Below, piece by piece: positions 24,397-38,200 of a stretch of 64,000 nt of DNA (position 1 is the stretch's first letter; each line of letters begins with the position of its first letter). Source of the stretch: Eledone cirrhosa (Eukaryota). A model generated the notes under the pieces. The model saw nothing but the letters and a program-made list of their open reading frames with translations. It made no database searches and was not told the DNA's origin. Location: positions 10,292,001-10,356,000 of the forward strand of contig OZ024756.1 in assembly GCA_964016885.1 (NCBI GenBank), read 5' to 3'. Position numbers and translations under genes: made by a program.

Positions 24397-26934
24397 CACA
24401 TGGCTTAGTGGTTAGAGCATTGGGCTTGCAATCGAAAGGTTGTGAGTTCAATTCTCGGGCCGTATGTGCAAGACAGGGTCAGCCGACCGGACACTGCCCA
24501 CAACAGGACAACCCGTCTAACCCATGCTAGCGTGGAAGAACGGACGAAAAAAGGTGATGATGATGATGATATATACACGTGTATATTCATATATTATACA
24601 TCATAACAGTTTAAGTTCCATTTTACAAGCTAGCATGGGTCGGACGAGTTGTCCTGTTGTGTGAAATGTTAGATCAAATGACCGTGTCTGGCTCATGCAA
24701 GAAACATTTCTGGTTGGTTTCTACAGCTGGATGTCCTTCCTAAATCTAACAACATTTACAGGGTGGACTTGGCATTTATTGTTGTGTTGCTAACATGACC
24801 AACCTACAGGGTGGACTGGGTGCTCTTCGTTGTGACCACCACCTAACAGAGCAGACTTGGTGCTCTTTGTCATGTCACCAATTTGACTACTTTGAAGGGT
24901 GCTTCGTGTGCCTTCAGTCTTGCCACTAGCATGACCACTTTTCAGAGTGGGCTGGGGGCCTTCTGTCATGTCTATCTCACAGGGTGGATTGGGTGCTTAT
25001 TTGTCATGTCACCAGCATGACTACCTTGCAGGGAGGGTTAGGTATTCTTTTGTCATGTTAGCTAACAGAGGACTTGGTGCTCTTTTGTTATGACACCTGC
25101 ATGACAGGGTTGCCTGAGGAGAGCATGTCAAGCTTTCCATACTTGTATACATGGGTTTGTCAAGAGAGGTGAAAGTGGGGGTGGAGTTGTGTGTATGTAG
25201 GGTGGGGATTGGAGAGGTAGGTCAGGGTGGTGTACTTAGCTGGTAAGGGGGTGGAGTGTTAAGATGTGGGGAGTTGGAAAATTGGAGCATACTTCAAACC
25301 ACTAAATGTTTCATCCCGTGCACATGGGAATGCAGGTCTCCTGCAGTACTGTATAACGTCAGAGATTTCAATCCTGTGTCATCACCTTTGAGAGGTACTA
25401 GGGTGTCAGGTCAGTTTTTACCTCCTCATCCCAAGCTTTCCTAGGTCTTCATCTTCCATCAATTTCAAACAGTCAACCTTTTATACAGCACATAACATGT
25501 CCATAACAATGCAATCTCCTCTTCTGCATACTGTATCTTATCCATCTCATGCCCAGGTTCTCTCTCAGTTTATTTACACTTTCCCCTTCATGTATATTAA
25601 TATTACACATCCATCGGAGAATTCAAGCTTCATTTCAATCCAATCTTCTGAGGTCCTCACTGCAATGCAACATTGCTGTTCATATGCACACATCAATTTG
25701 GTGAAACAACCTTTTGTAGCTAGCAGTAGTAGTAGTAGCACCCTAAACCTTTGCCATCTTGTTCTTACTCTGGTTACTGTACTTTCAGAATACCTACCTC
25801 CACTGCTAATTTGGTCACTCAGATAACAGAAACTGTCAACTGCTTCTATGGATCCCATTAAATATTTGATAGAGCTTGTATCATAAACGCGATTGCTGCT
25901 TACTGCTCCAGTGCAATGACCCCTCGTAAAATCTACATTCTTAGCTAACTTACCATGTATGTGTGACCATTAGTTTCTGAGTCCAGTTATGGCACCACTG
26001 TTTATTAGGGGAGGTACTTCCAAACAGACCCTTCATTAGGCATGCTGACAAATATATTTTGCAATCTAGTTGACTTAATTAGCAGTGTAGGGAGCTGCTC
26101 TGAAAGATGAATAGCTAGAATAAGGATAGGATGGAAAAAGTTTAGAGAGCTACTGCAACAGTTGACCACAAAAGGTTTCTCTCTCTGTACAAAAGGACAA
26201 CTGTATGACACATGTGCAATGATGAATGGTAATGAAACAAGGGGTGACTGCAGAGGATATGTAGACTGGAGAGAAATGAAGCAACCATGCTTTGTAGGAT
26301 ATGTTGTGTAAGTGCGAGAGAAAGACAGAGCTTGGACAAGTTCAAGAAGAAACTGGGTTTAAGAGTGATCTGAAGTGGTGTGTAAGAGAGAACACTGTGT
26401 TTGTACGGTCATGTGATGAACATGGATAAAATACCACTGGGTGATGAAGTGCCAGAAAATCCCAGTAGAAGGAAGCCATAGAGGTAGACCAAGAAAGACC
26501 TGGACAGAGGCTGTGTGAACTGACTTCAAATAACTAACTCTCACAGAGGACATGACAAAGGAACATGACGAGTTGAAAGATGCCATGTTGAGAAGGTCCT
26601 CTTCAACCAAGCATGGAAAAACGGACATAAAAACAGTGATGATGTTGATGAAGATGACGTACATATACACACATACATAATAAATAAATCAAACACAGAT
26701 ATGCACATACTTATATACAAACATATACATGGACACAAATTTCTACACACATACATTCACGTATGTAAATTCTGAATGATAGTTTTGTCAGCACAAGTCT
26801 TGGTTACAACTTGTACAAATAAAATGAAAGGAGAAGAAATTCTTAGTAAAACAGTTTTATTCAAAATATTAACATTGGTGGCACTATTTTAGGTGAGTGA
26901 TATGGTTTTTATCTTGTCTAATTGTGTTGCATTA

Positions 26935-27600
26935 AGTAATCTTTACAAGAGAATGATTTATCACAGACATCACAGTGATATAGTTCCTCTCCTGTAGATG
27001 TTAGTGTGTAGTGAAGTCACAACATTTAGAGAAGCATTTACCACAGACATCATAGTGATATGGGTCCTATCCTGTATATATTAGTGTATAGTGAAGTCAT
27101 AACATTTAAAAAATGATTTACCACAGATATCACAGTGATATGGTTCCTTTCCTGTATATGTTAGTGTCTAGTGAAGCCACATTTAGAGAAAGATTTACCA
27201 AATATATCAAAGGCTTCCCAGCTGTATGTATATGTTTGTGTGTAGTTAATGTAACATTCAAAGAGAATGATTTCCCTGAGAAGTCACAATGATATGTATT
27301 TGTATTCTCATTAATTCACAAATTTGAGGGAATGATATATCACTGATGTCAATGCGTTATGATTTCTCTTCTGTATGTATAAGTTTGTGAGTAGTTAGGC
27401 TACTTTTCCCAGAGAATGATATACCACAGATATCACAGTGATATGGCTTGTCTCCTGTATGTATACGTTTGTGTCTAGTTAAGTGATTAATTTGAGAGAA
27501 TGATTTACCACAGATATCACAGTGGTATGGTTTGTCTCCTGTATGGGTATGTACATGCTTAATTAAGTGACTTCTTCGAGAGAATGATTTGCCACAGATA
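26935..27600 (-). pseudogene. Degenerate finger repeats downstream of the unit B ORF
   Basis: Finger-like 84-bp units continue after the shared 2-bp deletion and decay progressively. Confidence 0.8.
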
Positions 27601-29133
27601 TCAGTGATATGGCTTGTCTCCTGTATGTATACGTTTGTGTGTAGTTAAGTTACTACTTAGAGAGAATGATTTGCCACAGATATCACAGTGATATGGCTTG
27701 TCTCCTGTATGTGTATGTTTATGTGTAGTTAGGCTACTACTTACAGAGAATGATTTACCACAGATATCACAGTGATATGGCTTGTCTCCTGTATGTGTAC
27801 GGTTATGTGTAGTTAGGTGACTACCTCTAGAGAATGATTTACCACAGATATCACAGTGGTATGGCTTGTCTCCTGTATGTATACGTTTATGCTTAATTAA
27901 GGAACTACTTTCAGAGAATGATTTACCACAGATATCACAGTGATATGGCTTGTCTCCTGTATGTGTATGTTTATGTGTAGTTAGGTTACAACTTACAGAG
28001 AATGATTTACCACAGATATCACAGTGATATGGCTTGTCTCCTGTATGTGTACGGTTATGTGTAGTTAGGTGACTACTTTCAGAGAATGATTTACCACAGA
28101 TATCACAGTGGTATGGCTTGTCTCCTGTATGTATACGTTTATGCTTAATTAAGGAACTACTTTCAGAGAATGATTTACCACAGATATCACAGTGATATGG
28201 CTTGTCTCCTGTATGGGTACGTTTGTGGCTAGTTATTTGACTACTTCGAGAGAATGATTTGCCACAGATATCACAGTGATATGGCTTTTCTCCTGTATGT
28301 ATACGTTTGTGTGTAGTTAAGTGATTAATTCGAGAGAATGATTTACCACAGATATCACAGTGGTATGGCTTGTCTCCTGTATGTATACGTTTGTGTGTAG
28401 TTAAGGAACTACTTTCAGAGAATGATTTACCACAGATATCACAGTGATATGGCTTGTCTCCTGTATGGGTACGTTTGTGGCTAGTTAAGTGACTACTTAC
28501 AGAGAATGATTTACCACAGATATCACAGTGATATGGCTTGTCTCCTGTATGTGTACGGTTATGTGTAGTTAGGTGACTACTTTCAGAGAATGATTTACCA
28601 CAGATATCACAGTGGTATGGCTTGTCTCCTGTATGTATACGTTTATGCTTAATTAAGGAACTACTTTCAGAGAATGATTTACCACAGATATCACAGTGAT
28701 ATGGCTTGTCTCCTGTATGGGTACGTTTGTGGCTAGTTAAGTAACTACTTCGAGAGAATGATTTGCCACAGATATCGCACTGATATGGTTTCTTCCCTGT
28801 ATGGGTATGTATGTGAGTATTTAAGTGACTACTTCGAGAGAATGATTTACTACAGATATTGCAGTGATATGGTTTCTCTCCTGTATGTATATGTTTGTGA
28901 TTAATTAAGTTACTACTATCAGAGAATGATTTACCACAGATATCACAGTGATATGGCTTCTCCCCTGTATGTATATGTTTGTGAGTAGTTAAGGTACTAC
29001 TTTTATTGAATGATTTACCACAGATATCACAGTGATATGGCTTCTCTTCTCTAACCTTCATCAGCTCACCAGGAATACTAAACGATTTCGATTGTGTTTC
29101 GCATTTAATCTTCTTTGTCAATTTATTTTCCAT
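27601..29133 (-). CDS. Tandem C2H2 zinc-finger protein, 510 aa, 17 intact fingers (unit B)
   Basis: All 17 fingers have both Cys and both His ligands; stops at the 2-bp deletion shared by all three units. Confidence 0.93.
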   Translation of the reverse strand: MENKLTKKIKCETQSKSFSIPGELMKVREEKPYHCDICGKSFNKSSTLTTHKHIHTGEKPYHCDICGKSFSDSSNLINHKHIHTGEKPYHCNICSKSFSRSSHLNTHIHTHTGKKPYQCDICGKSFSRSSYLTSHKRTHTGDKPYHCDICGKSFSESSSLIKHKRIHTGDKPYHCDICGKSFSESSHLTTHNRTHTGDKPYHCDICGKSFSVSSHLTSHKRTHTGDKPYHCDICGKSFSESSSLTTHKRIHTGDKPYHCDICGKSFSRINHLTTHKRIHTGEKPYHCDICGKSFSRSSQITSHKRTHTGDKPYHCDICGKSFSESSSLIKHKRIHTGDKPYHCDICGKSFSESSHLTTHNRTHTGDKPYHCDICGKSFSVSCNLTTHKHTHTGDKPYHCDICGKSFSESSSLIKHKRIHTGDKPYHCDICGKSFSRGSHLTTHNRTHTGDKPYHCDICGKSFSVSSSLTTHKHTHTGDKPYHCDICGKSFSLSSNLTTHKRIHTGDKPYH

Positions 29134-31058
29134 AATTATTTCTTCTTCAACAGAATATACTTTTACTCGTAATATTTTTAATATTACTCGTAATATTTTT
29201 AATATTATATTTCTTATAAAAATATTTCTTCTTCTATATTTCCCTCAACTGTGATTTCAGTTAATATCTGAAGATAATACAAACTTCTTTTTCATCCAAG
29301 TTTAGTTAAAATACAAAACCATCTCATAGTTAAGAAAATAAACTCAATTTTGAGGAAATATTTCACAGTAATACGAGAGATTTATATAAACAGTGTTATA
29401 TAAATTCTGTTAAAAAAGTTGTTGTCTTAAAATGATGATAAATAGAGGTGATGTATCCAAGATTGAAAATAATAATTTATACCAATGTCATCTGATATTC
29501 TGAAATAAGAAAGAAACAGTTTGAGATAATACAGAATACTTCAGAAGCAGAGATAGATTTAAGTGGAAATCTTACAATTTTCCCAGCGTTGAAGACGTTA
29601 CTTTTTCCCTAATATAAGTTCCAAAAATCTACCATACGTCCTGGAGGCCGAAGGTTATTTATTATTTTTTTTCAAAAATGTTCATGACTTCGGCGCTGGT
29701 AAATACGGTACCTTGGTAAACTGTAGAAATGTACCTGTGTGATGTTTATTTATATAAACCAAGGCTATATATATGTCAAACTACAGCTGCACCATCACTA
29801 TAGCGGTGTCATCTAGTACAGGGCCCCAAAAGTGTGGTAACCTTGTGAGAAGGGTTTGGCTCGGCCGACTGGCCAGCCCTTCTTTTAACCGTACCATTCA
29901 GTACCAGTTCCCATAATTATGGAAACTTCATGAAAAGGGTTTGGCCCATCTGGCTGGCCACCCCTCCTCATAATGGTGCCACCCAGTACCAGGCCCCAAA
30001 TGTATAGTTCCACTGTGAGATGGGTTCAGCACAGCCAACTGGCCTGTCCCTCCTCATAACAGAGCCATCCAGTTCCACACCGTAAACATGGTTGGTGTTA
30101 AGAAGGGAATCAAGCTGTAAAATACCCGACCAAATTTACAGACCTCGCCTGAGCCAGGTGCGACACATGGCCAACCCTGGCCAGACTTGCCTCCTGGCAT
30201 GGATGACCCGTCTAACCCATGCAAGAATGAAAAAATGGACGTTAAATGGTGATGACACAGACATATATATATGTCCCACCCACACTGGACATGTAAAAGA
30301 CACAGCAAAAAGCACCGAGCCCACACTGTAAAGTGGACATGTAGGTGTCTTGGGAAATGCATCCAGACCACACTGTCAATGTGGTTGGCGTTAGGAAGGG
30401 CATCCAGTCGAAGAAAGCTAGCCAGAAACACTCCAATATGAGTGAGACACGGTCACCTGACACAAATTGCCTCTAAATGGGACCTGTCTAACCCATGCTA
30501 GCGTGGAAGATGGACGTTAATTGATGTTGATGATATATAATAAAATGTTGTAGTTTGCTTGAAGCATTCTATATAATATATAACGTTGAAAGAGATAGAA
30601 GGCTAAATAATGCAAAATGGACTGTAAGATGAGGTAACGAAAAGTAAAAGTTACCTGGTAATCTTTGTTTTGTTTTTTTGTTGTTGTTCTTTTATTTGTT
30701 GAATATTGCGGGACCTAAAAGTCCTTTCTTCAGGGTTTAACCCTTTAGCATTTACATTAATACATATATACTATTATATTTCCATGGTAAACGCTTTACC
30801 TCACATATGTCACATAATAGCGAATCTATGCGATTTTTATATTATTTATATTGAAAACAATACCATAACATCATTATGAGTGGCCAATTACGGCTGGATT
30901 AAAACGAAAATGGGGACAAAATTCTGGCCGCTTACGGCCAGTTTAAATGTTGAAGTGTTAAGCAACTTTCATTGGATAATGTTCCAATTTCCTCTCTTTG
31001 CGATTAAATTTTGACTTTGATTAAAAAATTTTCTAAGTCATTTTCAAGCATTTTATAA

Positions 31059-32480
31059 AATTGATGGGAGCTTTGAAGTAGGAAGACAGTTTGAAGTGAT
31101 AAAAGCTGACCTCACACAATTGATGGAAGCTATGGAGTAAGAAGACCTAGTTTGAGGTGATAAAAGCTGACTTCACACAATTGATGGAAGCTATAGAGTA
31201 GAAAGACCTGGGATGAGGTGATAAAAGCTGACCTCACACAATTGATGGAAGCTATAGACTAAGAAGACCTAATTTGAGGTGATAAAAGATGACTTCACAC
31301 AATTGATGGAAGCTATGGAGTAAGAAGACCTAGTTTGAAGTGATAAAAGCTGACCTCATACAATTGATGGAAGCTATGGAGTAAGAAGACCTAGTTTGAG
31401 GTGATACAAGCTGACTTCACACAATTGATGGAAGCTATAGAGTAAGAAGACCTGGGATGAGGTGATAAAAGCTGACCTCACACAATTGATGGAAGCTATA
31501 GACTAAGAAGACCTAATTTGAGGTGATAAAAGATGACTTCACACAATTGATGGAAGCTATGGAGTAAGAAGACCTAGTTTGAAGTGATAAAAGCTGACCT
31601 CATACAATTGATGGAAGCTATGGAGTAAGAAGACCTAGTTTGAGGGGATAAAAGCTGACTTCACACAATTGATGGAAGCTATGGAGTAAGAAGACCTGGG
31701 ATGAGGTGATAAAAGCTGACTTCACACAATTGATGGAAGCTATAGAGTAAGAAGACCTAATTTGAGGTGATAAAAGCTGACTTCACACAATTGATGGAAG
31801 CTATAGAGTAGAAAGACCTGGGATGAGGTGATAAAAGCTGACTTCACACAATTGATGGAAGCTATAGAGTAAGAAGACCTAGTTTGAGGTGATAAAAGCT
31901 GACTTCACACAATTGATGGCAGCTATGGAGTAAGAAGACCTAGTTTGAGGTGATAAAAGCTGACTTCACACAATTGATGGAAGCTATGGAGTAAGAAGAC
32001 CTAATTTGAAGTGATAAAAGCTGACCTCATACAATTGATGGAAGCTATGGAGTAAGAAGAGCTAGTTTGAGGTGATAAAAGCTGACTTCACACAATTGAT
32101 GGAAGCTATGGAGTAGGAAGACCTAATTTGAGGTGATAAAAGCTGACTTCACACAATTGATGGAAGCTATGGAGTAAGAAGACCTAATTTGAGGTGATAA
32201 AAGCTGACTTCACACAATTGATGGAAGCTATGGAGTAAGAAGACCTAGTTTGAGGTGATAAAAGCTGACCTCACACAATTGATGGAAGCTATGGAGTAGA
32301 AAGACCTAATTTGAGGTGATAAAAGCTGACTTCACACAATTGATGGAAGCTATAGAGTAGGAAGACCTGGGATGAGGTGATAAAAGCTGACTTCACACAA
32401 TTGATGGAAGCTATAGAGTAGGAAGACCTGGGATGAGGTGATAAAAGCTGACTTCACACAATTGATGGAAGCTATGGAGT
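31059..32480 (+). repeat. 61-bp minisatellite, ~23 monomers (unit B)
   Basis: Exactly one monomer shorter than in unit A (offset changes from 16819 to 16758). Confidence 0.97.
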
Positions 32481-32804
32481 AGTAAGATAAGTAGGGTTGT
32501 TTGAGGAAGAACAGCAGTCACCCATGTATACCAGTCTCTCACTCCACGCCACCGATGTTGTTCATGGGAAAGGCAATGGCTGATACAGCTTGTTACCAGT
32601 GACATCACAACATATATATACACTATATATATATATTATATATACACTGTGTACACTATGTATTATACACTATATATGATGTTGTCCAAGGGAAAGGTAA
32701 TGACTGATACAGCTTGGCACCAGTGATTTCACAACATATATACTATATATACTATATATATACACTATATATATATTATATATACACTATGTACAGCATA
32801 TATA

Positions 32805-35294
32805 GAATTCAAATTCTCCCTTTTTCTCTCGGATTTTCAATAAATATCATACATGTTTTTAATAATATGTCTCATTCTGTTGGACCCTTCCTAAAAACTA
32901 ATCTTCTCCTAAAGTTACCCATTTCCCACCCCTCAGACACCACCATTGCTATATGGCCCAATCATAACTCAGCAGCTTATAGTAAGTTCTCTAACAAATC
33001 AGTATAGCAAAGCTACCACCTCAGTTACTACTCCTTAAATTTAGACTTGTTTGATGGGTGGACTGCAGAATTTGGAAAGTCTAAGCACTCAATGACAATG
33101 TCACAGATAAAGATAAAATCTACTCCCGCTGCAGGATGACCAACATAATTCCGTCTTCCACACCTTTCCCTGCCCCTCCATCCCACCCTCCCAACTTCAG
33201 AGTTGGTACCATGAACGTAGGCACATTGAAAGGTTGCTCAAATGAGATTGTAGAGATGCTTGAACGTAAAGAAGTTGATGTTTGTTGTATTCAAGAGACT
33301 AGGTGGAGAGGTGGGTCTGCCAGATTCATCGTGGGTAAAAAAACGATGCTATAAACTTTTCTGGGTGGGAAATGACAACGGACTGGGTGGTGTAGGAATT
33401 ATGTTAGCTGAAAAATGGGTAGATAAGGTAATTGACGTAAATAGAGTGGGACATACTATGGCCACCCGTATAGTTAACCAAGTAATACAGAATGGGGTCA
33501 TACCAAAAGACTGGCATAGCAGCATCATCATTAACTGCTACAAGGGTAAAGGGGATGCTCTAGATAGGGGAAACTATAGAGGCATTAAGTTAGTTGACCA
33601 GGTCATGAAGGTCACAGAAAGAGTTATAGCGCAACTAATCAGAGAGCGAATTGATCTAGATGAAATGCAGTTTGGGTTTGTGTCAGGTAAAAGTACCACA
33701 GACGCTCTTTTCCTTGTACGACAACTACAGGAGAAGTACCTAGCTAAAAGTAAACCCCTTTACTTAGCTTTTGTAGACCTGGAGAAAGCCTTTGACAGAG
33801 TCCCCTGCTCCATTATCTGGTGGGCTCTTAGAAAACTAGGTGTAGATGAATGGCTTGTGAGAGCTATACAAGCTATGTATAAAGAAACAGTCAGTAAAGT
33901 TAGAATTAACAATGAATATTGTGAAGAATTTAGTGTAAAAGTTGGTGTTGATCAAGGCTATGTCCTTAGCCCCCTCCTATTTATTATTTCCCTTCAGGCT
34001 ATAACAGAGGAGTTCAAGACCATCTGCCCATGGGAACTCCTATACGCAGATGATCTAACTCTCATAGCTGAATCTATGGCTGAACTAGAGAAGAAATTCC
34101 AAACATGGAAGCATGGCCTAGAATCAAAAGGCCTTAAATTTAACTTGTCTAAGACTAAAGTTCTAGTTTGTAGAAAGGAAAATAGGGCACAGGTGCCCTC
34201 AGGGAAATGGCCATGCTCAGTGCGTAGGAAAGGAGTAGGCAGAAATTCCATTTTATGTCCCAAATGGCAAACTAAAAGATGTAGTGGGATCACAGGTAAA
34301 CTATCTAAGAACGTAGACTTTATATATGGCCGGTGCTCAGGTGCAATAGGTAGCAAGTGTTCACAGGATACTAGCTCCTTCTATTGCCCAGATGGTTCTA
34401 TAGAAATTGTGGACAATTTCCGTTACCTGGGTGCCACAATCAGCAGTGGTGGAGGGTGCTCTGAAAGTACAGTAGCCAGAGTCAGAACGGGATGGAAAAA
34501 GTTCAGAGAGCTTATACCGCTGTTGGCCGCTAAAGATTTCTCTCTAAAAATGAAAGGCAGATTGTATGATGCCTGTATACGAACAGCAATGCTACATGGC
34601 AATGAGACATGGGCATTACGTGCAGAGGACCTGTGCAGACTGGAAAGGAACGAAGCATGCATGCTCCGTTGGATGTGTAATAGTAATATACGTGAACGGC
34701 AAAGCATAAATGAACTAAGTGAGAAATTAGGAATAAGAGGGATCAGATGCTGTTTACTTGAGAGAAGACTACGTTGGTATGGTCACGTGATGCACATGAA
34801 AGACGACAACTGTATAAAAAAGTGCAGGGCGATCAAAATTGATGGTAGTTACGGAATAGGTAGACCCAGAAAAACCTAGGACAATCTGCTAAATTCCGAC
34901 CTTACACACACCGCTCTAAGACAATGTCACTACACAGTAATACAGAAAACCCGAGTTGCCTATGTACAAAGCGAAACCTAGTCAGTAGCCACCTCTTAAC
35001 CAAATATACACCCCAATCCACTACCCTATCCTACCACTCCCACCAACACCACCCTCTCTCTGTAAAGTTGGTACCACAACACCCAGTCCAAATAAATGAG
35101 ATAATGAGATCGTGATCGTGTAAAAAGTTCCGTGGTTGGTGTTAGGAAGGGCATCCAGCCGTAGAAAACCTGCCAGATAGCCCTATACGAGCGAGACACG
35201 GTCACCCGACCAACCTTGCGTCAAGTGGAACAACTCCCGTCTAACCCATGCTAGCATGGAAGATGGACATTAAACGAAGATGATGATGATGATG
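32805..35294 (+). mobile_element. Internally deleted RTE-clade LINE (unit B)
   Basis: Near-identical to 16047-18536. Confidence 0.92.
33260..34879 (+). CDS. Open frame, 539 aa: endonuclease remnant plus reverse transcriptase; probably a pseudogene
   Basis: Same as the unit A ORF except S>N near the C-terminus. Confidence 0.6.
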   Translation: MNVKKLMFVVFKRLGGEVGLPDSSWVKKRCYKLFWVGNDNGLGGVGIMLAEKWVDKVIDVNRVGHTMATRIVNQVIQNGVIPKDWHSSIIINCYKGKGDALDRGNYRGIKLVDQVMKVTERVIAQLIRERIDLDEMQFGFVSGKSTTDALFLVRQLQEKYLAKSKPLYLAFVDLEKAFDRVPCSIIWWALRKLGVDEWLVRAIQAMYKETVSKVRINNEYCEEFSVKVGVDQGYVLSPLLFIISLQAITEEFKTICPWELLYADDLTLIAESMAELEKKFQTWKHGLESKGLKFNLSKTKVLVCRKENRAQVPSGKWPCSVRRKGVGRNSILCPKWQTKRCSGITGKLSKNVDFIYGRCSGAIGSKCSQDTSSFYCPDGSIEIVDNFRYLGATISSGGGCSESTVARVRTGWKKFRELIPLLAAKDFSLKMKGRLYDACIRTAMLHGNETWALRAEDLCRLERNEACMLRWMCNSNIRERQSINELSEKLGIRGIRCCLLERRLRWYGHVMHMKDDNCIKKCRAIKIDGSYGIGRPRKT

Positions 35295-38200
35295 TATATA
35301 CATATTATAGATACAATATGTAAAGTATATATTATACACTATATACGATGTCCAAGAGAAAGGCAATGGCTGATACAGCTTGGCACCAGTGATATCACAG
35401 CATATATACTTTATATACATATATATACACTATGAACAATATATATACACTATGTACAGTATATATATACTATACACATAATATATACACTGTGTACAGT
35501 ATCTATACACTATATATGATGTCCAAGAGAAAGGTAATGGCTGATACAGATTGCCACAAGTGACATCAAAACATTTATATATACTGTATATATACACTAT
35601 ATACATATTATACACTATATATGTTGTCCAAGAAAAAGGCTATGGCCGATACAGCTTGGTACTAGTGACATCACAGCCTATATATACACTATATATATTA
35701 TACAGTATATATATATGTCCAAGAGAAAGGTTATGGCCGATACAGCTTGGCACCAGTGACATCACAACTCATTTCTACAGCTGAGTAAACTGGAGCAACG
35801 TGAAATAAAGTGTCTTGCTCAAGGACACAACACATCACCCGGTCCGAGAATTGAACTCACCACCTTTTAATTGCAAGCCCAATGCTGTAACCACTAAGCC
35901 ATGATACGTTCCAGACGCAACTGTGATATATGGAGACCATAAAGACAACCGGTCTTTCCATAGTTTAAGCCTTAAAATACCTCTCATACACGCTTTAAGT
36001 ACATATAAACTCATTAAAACACACTTTTGTATTTAAACACAAAAAAACAACCAGTAACGATCGTATAGAAACTACCAACCATTGTACACTAGTTACCAAT
36101 TAGGACCATTGCCAGCCACGGTAGCCACTTGGTAATACACTACACATCTCCCATCAATCTATGAAGGGTTTGTAGTAGATTAGAGAAAAACACAATCAGT
36201 AAAAAAAGTAATGGAATGAAAAATAAAAACATTTGTTCATAATTAAAGCCTTAAGATGTCCCTTCCTTACGATATACACTTTAATAACATTGAAACTTAT
36301 TTAATAAGTTTAAAATTTAAACACTTTTTATTCAGACGTATCGCGATAAGAAAATAGATATGTTCTAACGAAAAATCCGCGATGTGGCGAGGATTACCGC
36401 GATAGGAAATTAGATACGTTCCAAAGAAATATCCGCGATGTAACGGGACCGCGAAAAGTGAACCGCGATATAGCGGGGGTTTACTGTATATATACACACA
36501 CAACATACATCTATCTATATACACTCATAATATTTATTTCGATTTTTGACATTAAAATGTTGACTGAGGGTGTGACAACTGTTTCTTGTTTGAGGTTGTT
36601 CCAGTGGTTGAAATATAGACGGAGGTATTTTAAATAATAAAGACAGTCATGATAACAATATATTTTATATTACATGTAACAGTGGAATCTGATGATTGAA
36701 AAATAACACATCAACATTTCAGTTTGGAAGGTTTTTTTCTAAATATAAAAGTGGAGGAAGAAATATATTTTTCCAATGTTTTTTATATATTTTCACTTGT
36801 ATATAATTACTGGATCGCTGTAGGGTTCAAATAATTATATTATTTTGGCAGTATCAGTAGAGAGTCGGACGCCATGCTTTCCACCATAGTTACGTCCCTT
36901 TACGGTCTGAGTTCAAATCGCGCCGAGGTAACCTTTGCCTTTCATCCTTACGGGGTCGATAAAATAAAGTACCAGTAATGTACTTGATTATTGCTGGCCT
37001 TGTGCCAAAAGTAGAAACAATTAATATAGACATTAAGTAAATCTTTGTCAACTTACCTCCTTCACATATAATCAATGTGTTGTGTTGTTAGTTGTTACTA
37101 AACAACCAAAGAAATAATCTCTTTGTTATCAAATTAGAAGTTTCAAAGATGTTATCAGCTTTATTTCACGACATTAACGTTGGTGTATCTTCTTCATCTT
37201 TAGTCATAAATTGATATCTTGTCAGAAAGAAGTAGTGAGGCTGACTTTATGTCTTTAGCTATAGATTTGATAGGAAATATACATATATTATGTTGATATG
37301 TGGTCTAAAATATATATATTGTCTGTAATTGATTGATAGCAGATGTTCTGGTGAAATAGTAGTTTTACTACTACAGATTGTAATGGAACTCTTAATAGAC
37401 ACAATTGTAAAGTAAGAATAGATATGACAGTGAAAGACTGATGTCGGGGAATTAAAATTGTGTATATATATATATATATATATAATTGTTACACAAGATA
37501 TAATTAGATTAATTAAAGTTATAATGAAGACAGCAGGTACCCGGTATCTTTGGAAATGATTTAACTCCCTTACTGGTGTCATACGTTAAAAGTCCCTGAT
37601 ATAATTTAATACCTTCAGACGCACAGTTCCAATCGTATTTAATTTATTGTAAATCAGAAAGTATCACTCAATAAAAATATCAATTATATATCTACGTAGT
37701 CTCTCACCCCGCTAGAAATAGCAGTGAAATTATCCAGTACAGATTTTTTTCTTTAAACTCTTACGTTTAGTTAAACAATAACAAGCAAGTCTTTTGTACA
37801 GACTTCAGAGTAAACTCGAAAACCGCCAGAATATCATCCTTCTTCTTGCTATATATATATATATATATATATATATTTACTAGCAAATGACCCCCGTCCA
37901 TTGGACGGTGTCAGTTCTTGGTACAGGTTGTACTGGGATACATGTTACCAGTAGCACCAACTGGTGACCTGACATAGGGCAAAGGAGTTCTTAAGAGTCA
38001 ATGGCCATCCAAAATCACCGGGAGAGATGACCCCTTAGCCTTTGTCAAGTCAGAATTCTAGGAGAAGGAAAACTCTGATATAACACCTGCAACCCTGATG
38101 GTATCCAATGATGTTGACTTATTCTTCTTTTTGGTAAATATCATCTTGGTTAAGAGAGTGGGACTGGCTTTGTGCAGTGCCTTTGCTCACTATAAAAGCT

